DNA of 64,000 bases from Brevibacterium luteolum (GCF_013004595.1 NZ_JABEMC010000005.1:124001-188000), one strand, 5' to 3'; shown: positions 27,847 to 38,471, numbered from the stretch's first letter. Numbers and translations: made by a program. The notes: generated by a model not told the origin, from the sequence alone.

Positions 27847-29844
27847 CTACAGTTCGGAGGCGCGTGGGATGAGCTCGAGTGGGTTGAAGGTCAGCGGCCA
27901 CCAGGTGACGCCGGCGGTGGAGAGGATGACGCTGACGGCCATGACGAACAGCAGCGCGAGCACCCCGAACATGATCCATTCGCCGGTGCGGTTGCGGGCG
28001 ATCGAGGTGAGCGCGGCCCGTGAGCCGACGCGCAGGTTCGCCGATCCCGGCCCGAACCACAGCACGAGCGCATAGGACAGCCCGGCTGCCCACAGGGTCC
28101 ATTCGAAGGACCGGCCAGAGGGCACGATGCCGGCGATGTCGAGGCGCATGAGCACGGCGACTGCGACGAAGGCGACGGCCGGCAGGATCATCGAGAACAG
28201 CGAGGTGAACACCGACCGGAACAGCGCACCGGGCAGGCTGGCGATCGAGGACCACACCGATACACCGGAGGGTCCGTCGTTGAACTGCCGCCAGTTGCGC
28301 ACCTGGGCCATCGACCCGGTCGTGCGGGCGGCGACCTGCCACAGGTAGGAGGCAATGAGCATGATGACCGGCCCGAGCGCTACGAGCGTGACGGCCAGCA
28401 GGTTGAGCATGAGCAGCGGCCATGCTCCGCCGAGGCGCGGCGGACGCGGCGGGCCGGGCGGCTGCAGCTGCTGGGGCTGCCAGGGCTGCTCGGCCGGCAC
28501 CGGGGCGCCGGCATGCTGGTAGCGCTCGACCTGCTGATGCGGCTGGGGCCGTGGGTCGATGCCGAGCGGGCCGTAGGCCGGCGGTGAGCCGACGGCTGCG
28601 TGCGCCGGACCCGAGGCGTGTGCCGAACCAGAAACGTGTGCTGAGCCTGAACCGGCCGGCTGGCTGCCCTGCATGCGGCCGTGCTGGCTGCCGTAGGGGG
28701 CTGCTCCCCCGTAGACGCTGCCACCAGGTGTGCCAGACGAGGGCTGGACAGGCTGCGGACGGCCGCCGGGGGCGTTGCCGTGGCGGGGCACCCCGTGCTG
28801 GTCAGGGCGGTGACCGGCGAAACCCCCGGCCTGCAAGCCCTCCATGCCGCCGGGCTCGCCGCCAAGGTGGTAGACACCGCCGGGACCGGTGCGTCCCATC
28901 GGGCCGGTCGGCGGGGCCAGTGGATCATGGGCTGCTCCGGCTGCAGCGCCGAAAGCTCCTGCCGCACCGACGGCAGGCAGATCGACCCGGGCGCCGCCGG
29001 TATCGCCGCGGCCGGGTCCGGCCGCATGACGGGGGCTCCCGAGTGCAGGCAGCTGCCCAGATTCGATGTCGACGAGGGCGTCGAGGATCATGGCCCCCGA
29101 TGGCCGCCGCTCGGGTTTGGGGTCGAGGCAGGCCTGCAGCAGGGGCACGAACAGCTCCGGCGCCCCTTCGAGGTTGTGCCGGCCGGTGGCCACGCGTCCG
29201 AGCACCGCTTCGAGCGGGCCGGAGCCGTACGGGTTGCGGCCGGTGGCCGCAAACGCCATCGTCGCCGCCCAGCCCCACCAGTCGGTCTTCTCGCTGGCGT
29301 CGCGGCCGTCGGCGATCTCGGGGCTGAGATAGCCCGGGGTGCCCATGACGAGGCCGGTGGCGGTGACCTTGACTTCGTCGGCGGCCTGGGCGATACCGAA
29401 GTCGATGACCATCGGCTCGCCGTCCATGATCATGACGTTAGCCGGCTTCAGGTCGCGGTGGATGACGCCTGCTTCGTGCACGGCGTTGAGCGCATCGAGC
29501 AGCGCATGGCCGAAGTGGACGAGCTCATCCTCGGCGAACGGGCCGTTGTCGCGCACATCGTCAGACAGCGTCTGCCCGTCGACGAACTCAGTGATGATGA
29601 ACGGCTGCGCGGTCTCAAGTTCGGCGTCGAGGACCGCTGCGATCCGCGGATGCTTGATCCGCCTCAGCGTCCGCACCTCACGGGCGAGCCGCTTGCGGGC
29701 AGTCTCGTCGTTGGCGATGTGCGCGTGCAGCACTTTGACGGCGACCGGGTTGTTCTCAGCATCCACCCCGAGGTGGACGACGCCCATGCCGCCGGAACCG
29801 AGTTCATTCAGCAGCCGATAACCGCCGAGTTCCTGTACTGCCAC
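27847..29844 (-). CDS. Hanks-type Ser/Thr protein kinase with a Gly/Pro linker and C-terminal TM helices
   Basis: LGSGGMGVV, AVK, HRDLKPANV, DFG, GTPGYLSPE; TAACCT -10 box 7 nt before GTG. Confidence 0.92.
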   Translation of the reverse strand: MAVQELGGYRLLNELGSGGMGVVHLGVDAENNPVAVKVLHAHIANDETARKRLAREVRTLRRIKHPRIAAVLDAELETAQPFIITEFVDGQTLSDDVRDNGPFAEDELVHFGHALLDALNAVHEAGVIHRDLKPANVMIMDGEPMVIDFGIAQAADEVKVTATGLVMGTPGYLSPEIADGRDASEKTDWWGWAATMAFAATGRNPYGSGPLEAVLGRVATGRHNLEGAPELFVPLLQACLDPKPERRPSGAMILDALVDIESGQLPALGSPRHAAGPGRGDTGGARVDLPAVGAAGAFGAAAGAAHDPLAPPTGPMGRTGPGGVYHLGGEPGGMEGLQAGGFAGHRPDQHGVPRHGNAPGGRPQPVQPSSGTPGGSVYGGAAPYGSQHGRMQGSQPAGSGSAHVSGSAHASGPAHAAVGSPPAYGPLGIDPRPQPHQQVERYQHAGAPVPAEQPWQPQQLQPPGPPRPPRLGGAWPLLMLNLLAVTLVALGPVIMLIASYLWQVAARTTGSMAQVRNWRQFNDGPSGVSVWSSIASLPGALFRSVFTSLFSMILPAVAFVAVAVLMRLDIAGIVPSGRSFEWTLWAAGLSYALVLWFGPGSANLRVGSRAALTSIARNRTGEWIMFGVLALLFVMAVSVILSTAGVTWWPLTFNPLELIPRASEL

Positions 29845-29906
29845 TCAACCCAGGTTAGCTGAGGCGGTAGAGTTTCTCATGAGGATCGAGTGCTGATAGG
29901 AGTAAC

Positions 29907-32330
29907 GTGATTCACACCTCCGCCCCGTTGGAAGCTCGTTCACCCCTGGTGGCCCCGCCGGAGGACGGGGCTGACTTCATCGTCGTGGCCAACCGGCTCC
30001 CGGTGGACCGCGACACCTCAGGTGAGCCGCCGTCCTGGCGAACCTCACCCGGAGGTTTGGTCACCGGCGTCGCCCCGGTCATGCAGGCCCACAAGGGTGC
30101 CTGGATCGGCTGGGCCGGAGTGGCAGATGAGGAATTCGATCCGTTCGACATCGACGGCATGCACCTCGTGCCGGTGCCGCTGAGCTCGGAGGAAGTCCGC
30201 CGCTACTACGAAGGCTTCTCCAATGCCACGCTGTGGCCGCTCTACCACGACGTCATCGTGCCTCCGGAGTTCCACCGCACGTGGTGGAACAGCTACCGGA
30301 CGGTCAACCGGCGCTTCGCCGAGGCGGTCGCGCGCACCGCCTCGGAAGGGGCGACGGTGTGGGTGCACGACTATCAGCTGCAGCTGGTCCCCTATCTGCT
30401 GCGCGGCATGCGACCGGACGTGCGCATCGGCTTCTTCAACCACATCCCGTTCCCGCCGTGGGAGATCTTCGCGCAGCTGCCGTGGCGCGCCCAGATCCTG
30501 CGCGGGCTGCTCGGCGCCGACCTCATCGGCTTCCAGCGCCCGGCCGATGCCCAGAACTTCCGCCGAGCCGTGCGCATCTGCCTGGGCCTGCCGAGTTCGG
30601 GCAATCTGGTGAAGATCCCAGCGGCAGAAGACCCGGCCAGCGAACTCGGTGATACGACGACGATCACCCGCACCGCCGAGGCGAGCGCCTTCCCGATCTC
30701 GATCGACACCGAACATCTGGCCGAACTCGCCCGCGACCCGAGGATCTGTGCGCGGGCCAAGGAGATCCGCGCCGAGCTCGGCAACCCGGAGACGATCCTG
30801 CTCGGTGTCGATCGGATGGACTACACCAAGGGCATCCGCCACCGGCTCAAGGCCTACGGCGAGCTGTTCAACGACGGTGTGCTCGATCCGGGCACGGTGA
30901 CCCTTGTGCAGATCGCGACCCCGAGCCGTGAGCGCATCGACCAGTATCAGCAGATCCGCACCGATGTGGAGCTGGCGGTCGGCCGGATCAACGGCGAGTA
31001 CTCCGGGATGGGGCATCCGGTCATCCACTACTTCCACCACTCCTATCCGCGCGATGAGATGACCGCGCTCTACATCGCCGCCGACGTCATGCTCGTGACC
31101 GCCCTGCGCGATGGAATGAACCTCGTGGCCAAGGAGTACGTCGCCTGCCAGACTGATGACGACGGAGTGCTCGTGCTCTCCGAGTTCGCCGGTGCCGCCG
31201 AGCAGCTGACCCAAGCGGTGATGGTGAATCCGCATGACATCTCCGGCCTCAAGTCCCGCATCGCCGCAGCGGTGACGATGGATCCCGGTGAGAAGCGCGC
31301 CCGCATGCGCGCCATGCGCGAGGGCCTCGCTGAGGAGGACGTGCGCGCCTGGTCCGATGCCTTCCTCGCCCGCCTCCAGCAGACCGACCGGGCCGGCCTG
31401 GCCGAGGCCGCAGCCCACATGCGCACCGACCAGCACCCGACCGACGCTGATGCCCAGCCGGATTCCGCCCCCGGCTACTCGGATCCCGACGACATCGACA
31501 TCACCGCGCTGGCAGCGGCCGACCGGCTGCTCGTCGGCCTCGACTTCGACGGGGTCATCGCCCCGCTGGTCGACAATCCGATGGACGCCGCGCCGCTGCC
31601 GGCCTCGGCTGCCGCGGCCGAGGCGCTGGCTGCTGAACCGAACACGGTCGTCGGCTACATCTCCGGGCGCAACCTCTCGGTGCTCAAGCATCTGTCGAAC
31701 GCACCCGAGGGTGCGATCTTCATCGGCTCGCACGGGGTGGAGAGCGATTTCAGTGCAATCGGCGGGGAGGACATCGGCGCTGCCGACGGCCGCCGCTCGG
31801 GCGGCAATCCGGCCGCAGGCACCTACGCGAGCGGGCCGAGCAATGATGAGCAGGCGCTGCTCGATGAGCTTGATGCCGCCTTCACCGACATCCGCACCCG
31901 CACCCCCGAGGAGGGCCACGGGCTGCTGCGCATCGAGCGCAAGCCGCTCGGCCGGACCTTCCACACCCGCGGCTGCTCGGAGAACCGCACCGCCTTCTAC
32001 GCCACCGAGCTCGAAGCCCTGGCCAAGCGGCTGGGCCAGCTGCGGTTCCTCACCGGGCACGAAATGTTCGAGTTCGCGCTGCGCCACCAGACCAAGGGCA
32101 ACGGCCTGGAGCGGATGATCCGCCAGACCGGTGCGACTGCCGCGCTCTACATCGGTGATGACCGCACAGATGAGGATGCGTTCAAGAAGCTGCGCACCTA
32201 CCCGGAGGACTTCCCGCGCCTGTCGATCAAGGTCGGGCCCGCTGGCACCGCCGCCGAGGTGCGCCTCCAGTCCCCCGATGACGTCGCCGTGTTCCTCGGC
32301 CGGCTCGCCGCCGCCCGCGCCGGCCGCTGA
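29907..32330 (+). CDS. otsA: Fused trehalose-6-phosphate synthase/phosphatase (OtsA-OtsB)
   Basis: ANRLP, SPGGLV, WVHDYQL, HIPFP, GVDRMDYTKG, DGMNLVAKEY, followed by HAD motifs DFDGVIAP, GSHG, YIGDDRTDEDAF. Confidence 0.92.
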   Translation: MIHTSAPLEARSPLVAPPEDGADFIVVANRLPVDRDTSGEPPSWRTSPGGLVTGVAPVMQAHKGAWIGWAGVADEEFDPFDIDGMHLVPVPLSSEEVRRYYEGFSNATLWPLYHDVIVPPEFHRTWWNSYRTVNRRFAEAVARTASEGATVWVHDYQLQLVPYLLRGMRPDVRIGFFNHIPFPPWEIFAQLPWRAQILRGLLGADLIGFQRPADAQNFRRAVRICLGLPSSGNLVKIPAAEDPASELGDTTTITRTAEASAFPISIDTEHLAELARDPRICARAKEIRAELGNPETILLGVDRMDYTKGIRHRLKAYGELFNDGVLDPGTVTLVQIATPSRERIDQYQQIRTDVELAVGRINGEYSGMGHPVIHYFHHSYPRDEMTALYIAADVMLVTALRDGMNLVAKEYVACQTDDDGVLVLSEFAGAAEQLTQAVMVNPHDISGLKSRIAAAVTMDPGEKRARMRAMREGLAEEDVRAWSDAFLARLQQTDRAGLAEAAAHMRTDQHPTDADAQPDSAPGYSDPDDIDITALAAADRLLVGLDFDGVIAPLVDNPMDAAPLPASAAAAEALAAEPNTVVGYISGRNLSVLKHLSNAPEGAIFIGSHGVESDFSAIGGEDIGAADGRRSGGNPAAGTYASGPSNDEQALLDELDAAFTDIRTRTPEEGHGLLRIERKPLGRTFHTRGCSENRTAFYATELEALAKRLGQLRFLTGHEMFEFALRHQTKGNGLERMIRQTGATAALYIGDDRTDEDAFKKLRTYPEDFPRLSIKVGPAGTAAEVRLQSPDDVAVFLGRLAAARAGR

Positions 32331-32371
32331 CCACCGGGTTCTGCAGTTCCGGCTGGTGCTGACCGGCTGGT

Positions 32372-33439
32372 TCAGCGCCGGCCGATGGCCCGTTCGGAGG
32401 CCCGCAGGACGAGTTCGGGGCTGACGCGGTAGTCCGGCAGCTGGGGTGTGCGTCCACCGCCGGCACCCGCCGCGCCGACACCGGACCCGCCGGCACCGGA
32501 TCCAGCAGCCCCTGCACCATCGGCGCGCATGAGCCGTTCGAGCTCGCGCAGCGCAGCCTCAGCCAGGGCGGCCCAGTCGAAGGTCACCTGCGACATCGGC
32601 GGGTGGATCACCTCGGCGTCGGGCATATCCCCGACCGTCAGCAGCGAGAAGTCCTGCGGGACTGCCAGGCGCAGCCGGCGGGTCGATTCGAGGAACCCGA
32701 AAGTGATCGCCGGCGCGCAGCTGATCGCCGCCGAGCATTGCGCCTCCAGCAGCTCATCGGCTGCCTGCGAACCGGCCAGGATCCCCGGACCTGCCACGAC
32801 GACCGGGGCCTGGTCGCGGGTGGCGGGGATGTGCAGCACATCGGCCATCGCCCGCCGGAACGCGCTCACCCGGGTGGAGGCAGCCGAGTCCTCGGGTACG
32901 ACGAGCCCGATGCGCCGGTGACCGAGGTGGATGAGGTGGCGGACTGCGGTGCGGATGCCCTCCCCGGAGTCGAGGACGAGCTGGGCGAAGCCTTCGTGCC
33001 GGGCGTTCGAGACGCGGATGACCGGCACTCCGTGGGCGGCGAGCCGCTGAGCCTCGGGACCGGCCGAACCGCCGCCGAGCACCACCGCGCCGGCGACGCC
33101 GAAGGACTCGAGCACCTCGGCGGCCGATGCGAGGTCCGGGCCGGTCTGGATGCGCACGGCCACCCAGCCGAGGGCGAAGATCCGCTCGACGATCTCCAGA
33201 TAGAGGCTCTCGAACGGGTCGACGTCACCGGCGAGCGGGGCGGCGTGCACAACCGCGATGACGGTGCCGCTCCGGGCCGCCTCATCCCCGTGCCGCACAC
33301 CGAGCGTGCCGAGTGCTACGGCGACGGCACGGCGGGCGGCCGCCGACGTGCCGGACTGCTCTCTGAGCACCCGGGAGACCGTGGAGACCGACAGCCCGGA
33401 GGCCACCGCGATCTGCTTGAGCGAGATGTCCGAACGCAT
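32372..33439 (-). CDS. LacI family transcriptional regulator
   Basis: SLKQIAVASGLSVSTVSRVL, HLIHLGHRRIG, VPQDFSL; TGATG coupling to the upstream lacI. Confidence 0.85.
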   Translation of the reverse strand: MRSDISLKQIAVASGLSVSTVSRVLREQSGTSAAARRAVAVALGTLGVRHGDEAARSGTVIAVVHAAPLAGDVDPFESLYLEIVERIFALGWVAVRIQTGPDLASAAEVLESFGVAGAVVLGGGSAGPEAQRLAAHGVPVIRVSNARHEGFAQLVLDSGEGIRTAVRHLIHLGHRRIGLVVPEDSAASTRVSAFRRAMADVLHIPATRDQAPVVVAGPGILAGSQAADELLEAQCSAAISCAPAITFGFLESTRRLRLAVPQDFSLLTVGDMPDAEVIHPPMSQVTFDWAALAEAALRELERLMRADGAGAAGSGAGGSGVGAAGAGGGRTPQLPDYRVSPELVLRASERAIGRR

Positions 33440-34491
33440 CAGGTCCTCGCCGCCGCAGTCGACTGACGGGCCAGGAGCCTCGGCCGCAGCGTCGGCGGAA
33501 CCGAGGCGAGCTGCCGGCCGGGCAGGCCGAGCACGCTGCGCACGCCGGCGGCCAGCGCCTCGGCCAGCGCCTGGTTGTCCAGCCGGAGCACGGTGGCCGG
33601 CGGGTCTGTGTAGCGCATCGTCGAGAAATCCCCGAACCCCACCACGGACAAGTCGCGCGGGATCGCCAGGCGTCGGCGGCGGACGGCGGCGAAGACGCCG
33701 TGCAGCTGCAGGGCGGATTGGACGATGACAGCCGTGCAGGTGGCGTCGCGCAGCTGGGTGGCTGCGGCGATCCCGCCGGAGTGGGACTTCGGGACGGCAG
33801 CGATCCACTCATCGAGCCGGTCGGTGACATCGCGCATCGGGTGCTCACGCCGGAACCGGTTCTTCAGCCGCTCGGCCAGCGCGCCGGAGTCGTTGCACAC
33901 CAGGCCGATGCGCCGGTGGCCGAGCGCGTGCAGATGCTCGAACGCCAGGCTCATCCCACCGGACAGGTCGACCCGGGCGGCGATCCACTCAGCGTCGATC
34001 GCTGGGCCGGCCACCGCCTCGGGACCGGTGTCCCCCGTGACCGAGGTGTCGCTCGCCTCGGTGCCGGTGGCCGCGGTGGGCCAGGCGGCGGTCGCCTCGG
34101 CGAAGCGGACGACGGGGACGTCGACGTCGAGTGGGGTGAAGGTGGGGGTGACGACGAGGGCGGCGCCGGCGTCGATGCAGGCGCGGACCTCGGCGATGTC
34201 CTCGTCAAGGAACGGAGTGGCGGCGATGATGCCGGTGTCCTGGAGCTGCATCGACAGCGAGCGGCACACCTCGATCTGCCAGTGCTCCGGCTGGGCCGGT
34301 GCGCACACGGCTACGAGCCGGGCCGCCTGCCGATGCAGCAGGGTCGAGCGGTCGTAGCCGAGGGAGCGCACGGCGTCGAGCACCCGGGTGCGGGTCGCCT
34401 CGGCGACGGTGCCGCGGCCGCCGAGCACTCGCGAGACCGTCGTGACCGACACGCCTGCCGCCTCGGCGACGTCCTCCAGCCGAACTCTCAT
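33439..34491 (-). CDS. LacI family transcriptional regulator
   Basis: LEDVAEAAGVSVTTVSRVL, LGHRRIG, IPRDLSVVGFGD; TAGACT -10 box 6 nt before ATG. Confidence 0.88.
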   Translation of the reverse strand: MRVRLEDVAEAAGVSVTTVSRVLGGRGTVAEATRTRVLDAVRSLGYDRSTLLHRQAARLVAVCAPAQPEHWQIEVCRSLSMQLQDTGIIAATPFLDEDIAEVRACIDAGAALVVTPTFTPLDVDVPVVRFAEATAAWPTAATGTEASDTSVTGDTGPEAVAGPAIDAEWIAARVDLSGGMSLAFEHLHALGHRRIGLVCNDSGALAERLKNRFRREHPMRDVTDRLDEWIAAVPKSHSGGIAAATQLRDATCTAVIVQSALQLHGVFAAVRRRRLAIPRDLSVVGFGDFSTMRYTDPPATVLRLDNQALAEALAAGVRSVLGLPGRQLASVPPTLRPRLLARQSTAAART

Positions 34492-34610
34492 AGCGCCAGT
34501 CTACGGCGGGCGCACGGGCGGCAGCGGTGGCCCGGCCAGCGGTTTCGCTACGATGGGAGCGCAGCTGCGGCCGCCGACGCCTGGCGGCCAGCCGGCCTGC
34601 GGGAGGACAC

Positions 34611-35981
34611 GTGAAGATCCACGCCGATCAGTTCGCTGAGCTCGTCGAGACGCTGCCGTGGGATGTGCCGCTGCAGCGGTGGAAGCCCGAGCTGCTCATC
34701 GGCCTGCCACGCGGCATCTCCCGGCATGTGGTGCGCTTCGTCGAGTTCGAAGGCACGATCCTAGCGGTCAAGGAGACCCAGGATGCGATCGCAGTGCGCG
34801 AATACGAACTGCTCACCGCACTCGCCGATCTCGACGCGCCTGCCGTGCGGCCGCTGGGGTACGTCACCGGGCGAACCGATGCCGACGGCCAGCCGCTGCC
34901 TGGGGCGCTGCTGACTCCGCATCTGTCGTATTCGCTGCCGTTCCGCGATCTGTGCGGTTCCCAGGTGCCCCCGCACATGGCCGATCTGCTCGTCGACGCC
35001 CTTGCGGTGCTCATCGTCAGGCTGCACCTCGTGGGGTTCTTCTGGGGTGATGTGTCACTGTCGAACACGCTGTTCCGCCGCGATGCTGACGCGCTGGCCG
35101 CCTATCTCGTCGACGCCGAAACCGGGGAGCTGCACGACTCGCTGTCAGCCGGGCAGCGCAGCCACGACCTCGATCTGGCGCGCACGAACATCGCCGGGGA
35201 GTTCCTCGACCTGCAGGCGGGTGGCCTGGCCGACCCGGATGTCGATCCGATGGCGATGAGCAACCGGCTGTGCGAACGCTATGACGAGCTGTGGGCCGAG
35301 CTCACCACCGTTGAGGCGTTCAACATGTACGAGCGCTGGCGCATCGACCAGCGCATCGAACGGCTCAACGAGCTCGGCTTCGATTTAGGCGAACTGACGG
35401 TCACGACCGACCTCGACGGCGTCACCACGCGCATCGAACCCAAAGTCGTGGCACCGGGGCACTTCCAGCGCCGGCTCAGACGGCTGACCGGGATCGAGGC
35501 GGAGAAGCAGCAGGCCCGCCGGATGCTCAACGACCTCGATGTCTACCGGGCGGCGAATGGGCTCGATGATGAGGACGAGGCAATCGTCGCCGAGCGCTGG
35601 CTGGCTGATGTCTACCGGCCGGTGCTCGAGGCGATCACCGATGAGTACAGCGGCCGGCTGGAGCCGCCGCAGGTGTTCCACGAGTTCCTCGACCACCGCG
35701 CGGAGATGGCCGAGGCCGCTGGCCGGGATGTCTCCACGCCCGAGGCGGTGGCCGCCTACCGCGACGAGAAGCTCGCCCATTACCCGCACGAGGCCCACCT
35801 GCTCCGCGATCCGGACACCGCGGTGCTGCGGCGGCTCGCAGAGGCAGAATTAGCGCAGGCAGACCCTGCTTCGGCAGAATCAGCGGAGACAGACCCTGAA
35901 CCGGCAGAGTCCGGGCATATGCAACCGGAGACACCGGAACCGCCGGCTGCGGCGGATGAGACGAGAGAAGGACCCCGATGA
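34611..35981 (+). CDS. DUF4032-domain kinase-like protein
   Basis: LPRGISRHVVRF, HLSYSLPFR, GFFWGDVSLSNTLFRRDA, YLVDAETGELH; GTG after GGAGG. Confidence 0.82.
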   Translation: MKIHADQFAELVETLPWDVPLQRWKPELLIGLPRGISRHVVRFVEFEGTILAVKETQDAIAVREYELLTALADLDAPAVRPLGYVTGRTDADGQPLPGALLTPHLSYSLPFRDLCGSQVPPHMADLLVDALAVLIVRLHLVGFFWGDVSLSNTLFRRDADALAAYLVDAETGELHDSLSAGQRSHDLDLARTNIAGEFLDLQAGGLADPDVDPMAMSNRLCERYDELWAELTTVEAFNMYERWRIDQRIERLNELGFDLGELTVTTDLDGVTTRIEPKVVAPGHFQRRLRRLTGIEAEKQQARRMLNDLDVYRAANGLDDEDEAIVAERWLADVYRPVLEAITDEYSGRLEPPQVFHEFLDHRAEMAEAAGRDVSTPEAVAAYRDEKLAHYPHEAHLLRDPDTAVLRRLAEAELAQADPASAESAETDPEPAESGHMQPETPEPPAAADETREGPR

Positions 35982-36772
35982 GCGCATCTCCCCGCATTCC
36001 CGACCTGTTCGACCTGACCGGGCGCACCGCCGTTGTCGTCGGTGCCGCCTCGGGCCTGGGCCAGGCCTCGGCACTTGGGCTGGCCGACGCCGGTGCCCAC
36101 GTCGTGTGCGCCGACCTCGACCTCACCGGCGCCGAGGCGACCAGCATGATCATCGAGCAGCGCACCGGCAGTGCTGCGACCGCCGTCGAACTCGATATCA
36201 CCTCGACTGCAGCCGTCGACGCGGTCGTCGAGCGCTTCCCCGCTGCCGAGGTGCTCGTCATGACCCCGGGCATGAATGTGCGCAAGAGGATGACTGAGAC
36301 GACCGATGACGAATTCGACCGGGTCATCGACATCAATCTCAAGGGCACGTACCGGCTCATGCGCAGTTTCGGCCGTGAGATGGCCAGCCGGCAGCGCGGT
36401 TCGATCATCACATTCGCCTCTTTCCGCGCGATCGTCGTCGAACCCGGACAGGGGATCTACGCCGCCGCCAAGGCCGGGGTCGTGCAGCTGACGAAGACGC
36501 TGGCCAGCGAGCTCGGCGCCGCAGGCGTGCGGGTCAACTCGATCCTGCCCGGACCGTTCGAGACTCCGCTGACCGAGCAGATCAAATCCGATGAGGAGTG
36601 GTGGGACGCCTACGCCCAGAAGGCCGCGCTCGGCCGCTGGGGCCTGCTGCACGAGATCGCAGGACCGGTGCTGTTCCTCGCCTCAGATGCCTCCAGCTAC
36701 GTCACCGGGCACTCGCTGCTCGTCGACGGCGGCTGGATGGCCCAGGACGGACGCTTCACCCCACGGGTGTGA
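35978..36772 (+). CDS. Short-chain dehydrogenase/reductase
   Basis: GAASGLG, YAAAK, NSILPG, VTGHSLLVDGG. Confidence 0.88.
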   Translation: MSASPRIPDLFDLTGRTAVVVGAASGLGQASALGLADAGAHVVCADLDLTGAEATSMIIEQRTGSAATAVELDITSTAAVDAVVERFPAAEVLVMTPGMNVRKRMTETTDDEFDRVIDINLKGTYRLMRSFGREMASRQRGSIITFASFRAIVVEPGQGIYAAAKAGVVQLTKTLASELGAAGVRVNSILPGPFETPLTEQIKSDEEWWDAYAQKAALGRWGLLHEIAGPVLFLASDASSYVTGHSLLVDGGWMAQDGRFTPRV

Positions 36773-36964
36773 CACCTCGGGACGGGTGACTGCGACCGGC
36801 AATTATGACCCACATCTGTGACCAGCGTCTCATTTAGTGGGACACGGGCGGCGGCAGCGAGCCGGCGGCGATATACCTGACGGAAGCCAACGCGGACGGC
36901 GGGCGAAGGCACGATCTGCGCTCACTGCCGGGCCGCGCACTTCTGCCGACAAGGACCGCCCTCG

Positions 36965-38371
36965 ATGACGACGTCCCGCCACCCCGCACCGACCGCAGCC
37001 CACGCCGAGCTGCGCAGGCGAACCCTGCGCAAAGTCGCCCTCCGGCTCACCCCGTTCCTCGGGCTGCTGTACTTCATCAACTACCTCGACCGGACGAACA
37101 TCGGCTTCGCCGGACCCAACGGCATGAACGACGAACTCGGCCTGACGCAGACGATGTTCGGCCTGGCCTCCGGCGTGTTCTTCATCGGTTACCTGCTGCT
37201 GGAGATCCCCTCGAACCTCGCGCTGCACAAGTTCGGGGCCCGGCGCTGGATCGCCCGCATCCTCGTCACCTGGGGCATCATCGCAGCCCTCATGGCGTTC
37301 ATCCCGGCCGGCAGCTGGCTGGGCATCGGCGGCGAGTGGTGGCTTGTCATCCTGCGCGTGCTGCTCGGCATCGCCGAGGCCGGATTCTTCCCCGGCATCA
37401 TCCTGTACCTGACCTTCTGGTTCCCCAAGCGCGAGCGGGCGAAAGCGATCTCGTTCTTCATGCTCGCCATCCCCGCCTCCTCGGTGCTCGGCGCGCCGCT
37501 GTCGGCCTGGCTCATCGAGCACGGCGACGGCCTGCTGTGGGGCATGACCGGCTGGCGGTTCATGTTCCTCATCGAAGGCCTGCCGGCAGTGCTGCTCGGC
37601 TTCATCTGCTGGTTCTTCCTCACCGACCGCCCGCACGATGCGAAGTGGCTGGCCGATGACGAACGCGCCTGGCTCAAGGCCGAGATGGACCGCGAGGAAG
37701 AGGAGACCGCAGCGACCTACCATGTGCCGCTGCGCACCTCGCTCACCAGCGGCCGGGTCTGGGCGCTGGCGTTCGTGTACTTCGGTGTGGTCTACGGCCT
37801 GTATGCCATCAGCTTCTTCCTGCCGACGATCATCAGCGGTTTCCAGGAGCGCTTCGGGGTGGAGTACTCGCTCATGGAGCGCGGCCTGCTCACCGCCGTG
37901 CCGTTCGCCTTCGCCGCTGTTGCGATGATCTTCTGGGCCCGCCACGGCGACAAGACCGGCGAGCGTGTGTGGCACGTCGCCCTGCCGACCCTCGTGGCCG
38001 CCGCGGTCATCCCGGTGACCTCGTTCGTCAACTCGCCGTTCCTGGCGATGGTGTGCGTGTCGATCTTCGCCTGCGGTGTCATGTGCGCTCTGGCGACGTT
38101 CTGGCCGCTGCCCACCGCGTTCCTCTCCGGTGCCGCAGCTGCTGCCGGTGTCGCCCTGGTCAACTCGATCGGCAATATGTCCGGTTTCTTCGCCCCGTAC
38201 ATCACCGGCTTCCTCGCTGACACGACCGGTTCGCAGTCGGCGGGCATGTGGGCGATCAGCGTAGCGATGGTCATCGCTGCGATCATCACGATCTCACTCG
38301 GCGCGCTGCCGAAGACGAAGACTGGTGGCACGCAGCCGGCGGTCGACCCGCGCAACGTCGACGTCAGCTGA
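36965..38371 (+). CDS. MFS transporter, anion:cation symporter (TtuB/tartrate-like)
   Basis: YLDRTNIGFA, EIPSNLALHKFGARRWIARI, AEAGFFPG, GWRFMFLIEGLP. Confidence 0.9.
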   Translation: MTTSRHPAPTAAHAELRRRTLRKVALRLTPFLGLLYFINYLDRTNIGFAGPNGMNDELGLTQTMFGLASGVFFIGYLLLEIPSNLALHKFGARRWIARILVTWGIIAALMAFIPAGSWLGIGGEWWLVILRVLLGIAEAGFFPGIILYLTFWFPKRERAKAISFFMLAIPASSVLGAPLSAWLIEHGDGLLWGMTGWRFMFLIEGLPAVLLGFICWFFLTDRPHDAKWLADDERAWLKAEMDREEEETAATYHVPLRTSLTSGRVWALAFVYFGVVYGLYAISFFLPTIISGFQERFGVEYSLMERGLLTAVPFAFAAVAMIFWARHGDKTGERVWHVALPTLVAAAVIPVTSFVNSPFLAMVCVSIFACGVMCALATFWPLPTAFLSGAAAAAGVALVNSIGNMSGFFAPYITGFLADTTGSQSAGMWAISVAMVIAAIITISLGALPKTKTGGTQPAVDPRNVDVS

Positions 38372-38471
38372 GCAAGCGGCGGGCTGGGATCGTCGGCGGT
38401 GCGCCGGGGCTGGGTAACGGTCGGCGCTGGCCGGCCCACCCATGATGGTTCTGGGCCGTGCGATCGCACCA

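Noticed and set aside
30045..32087. Long antisense ORFs (also 55185-56987, 9654-11129, 8370-9614 and others)
   Set aside because: Shadow ORFs typical of high-GC codon bias, opposite well-supported genes.
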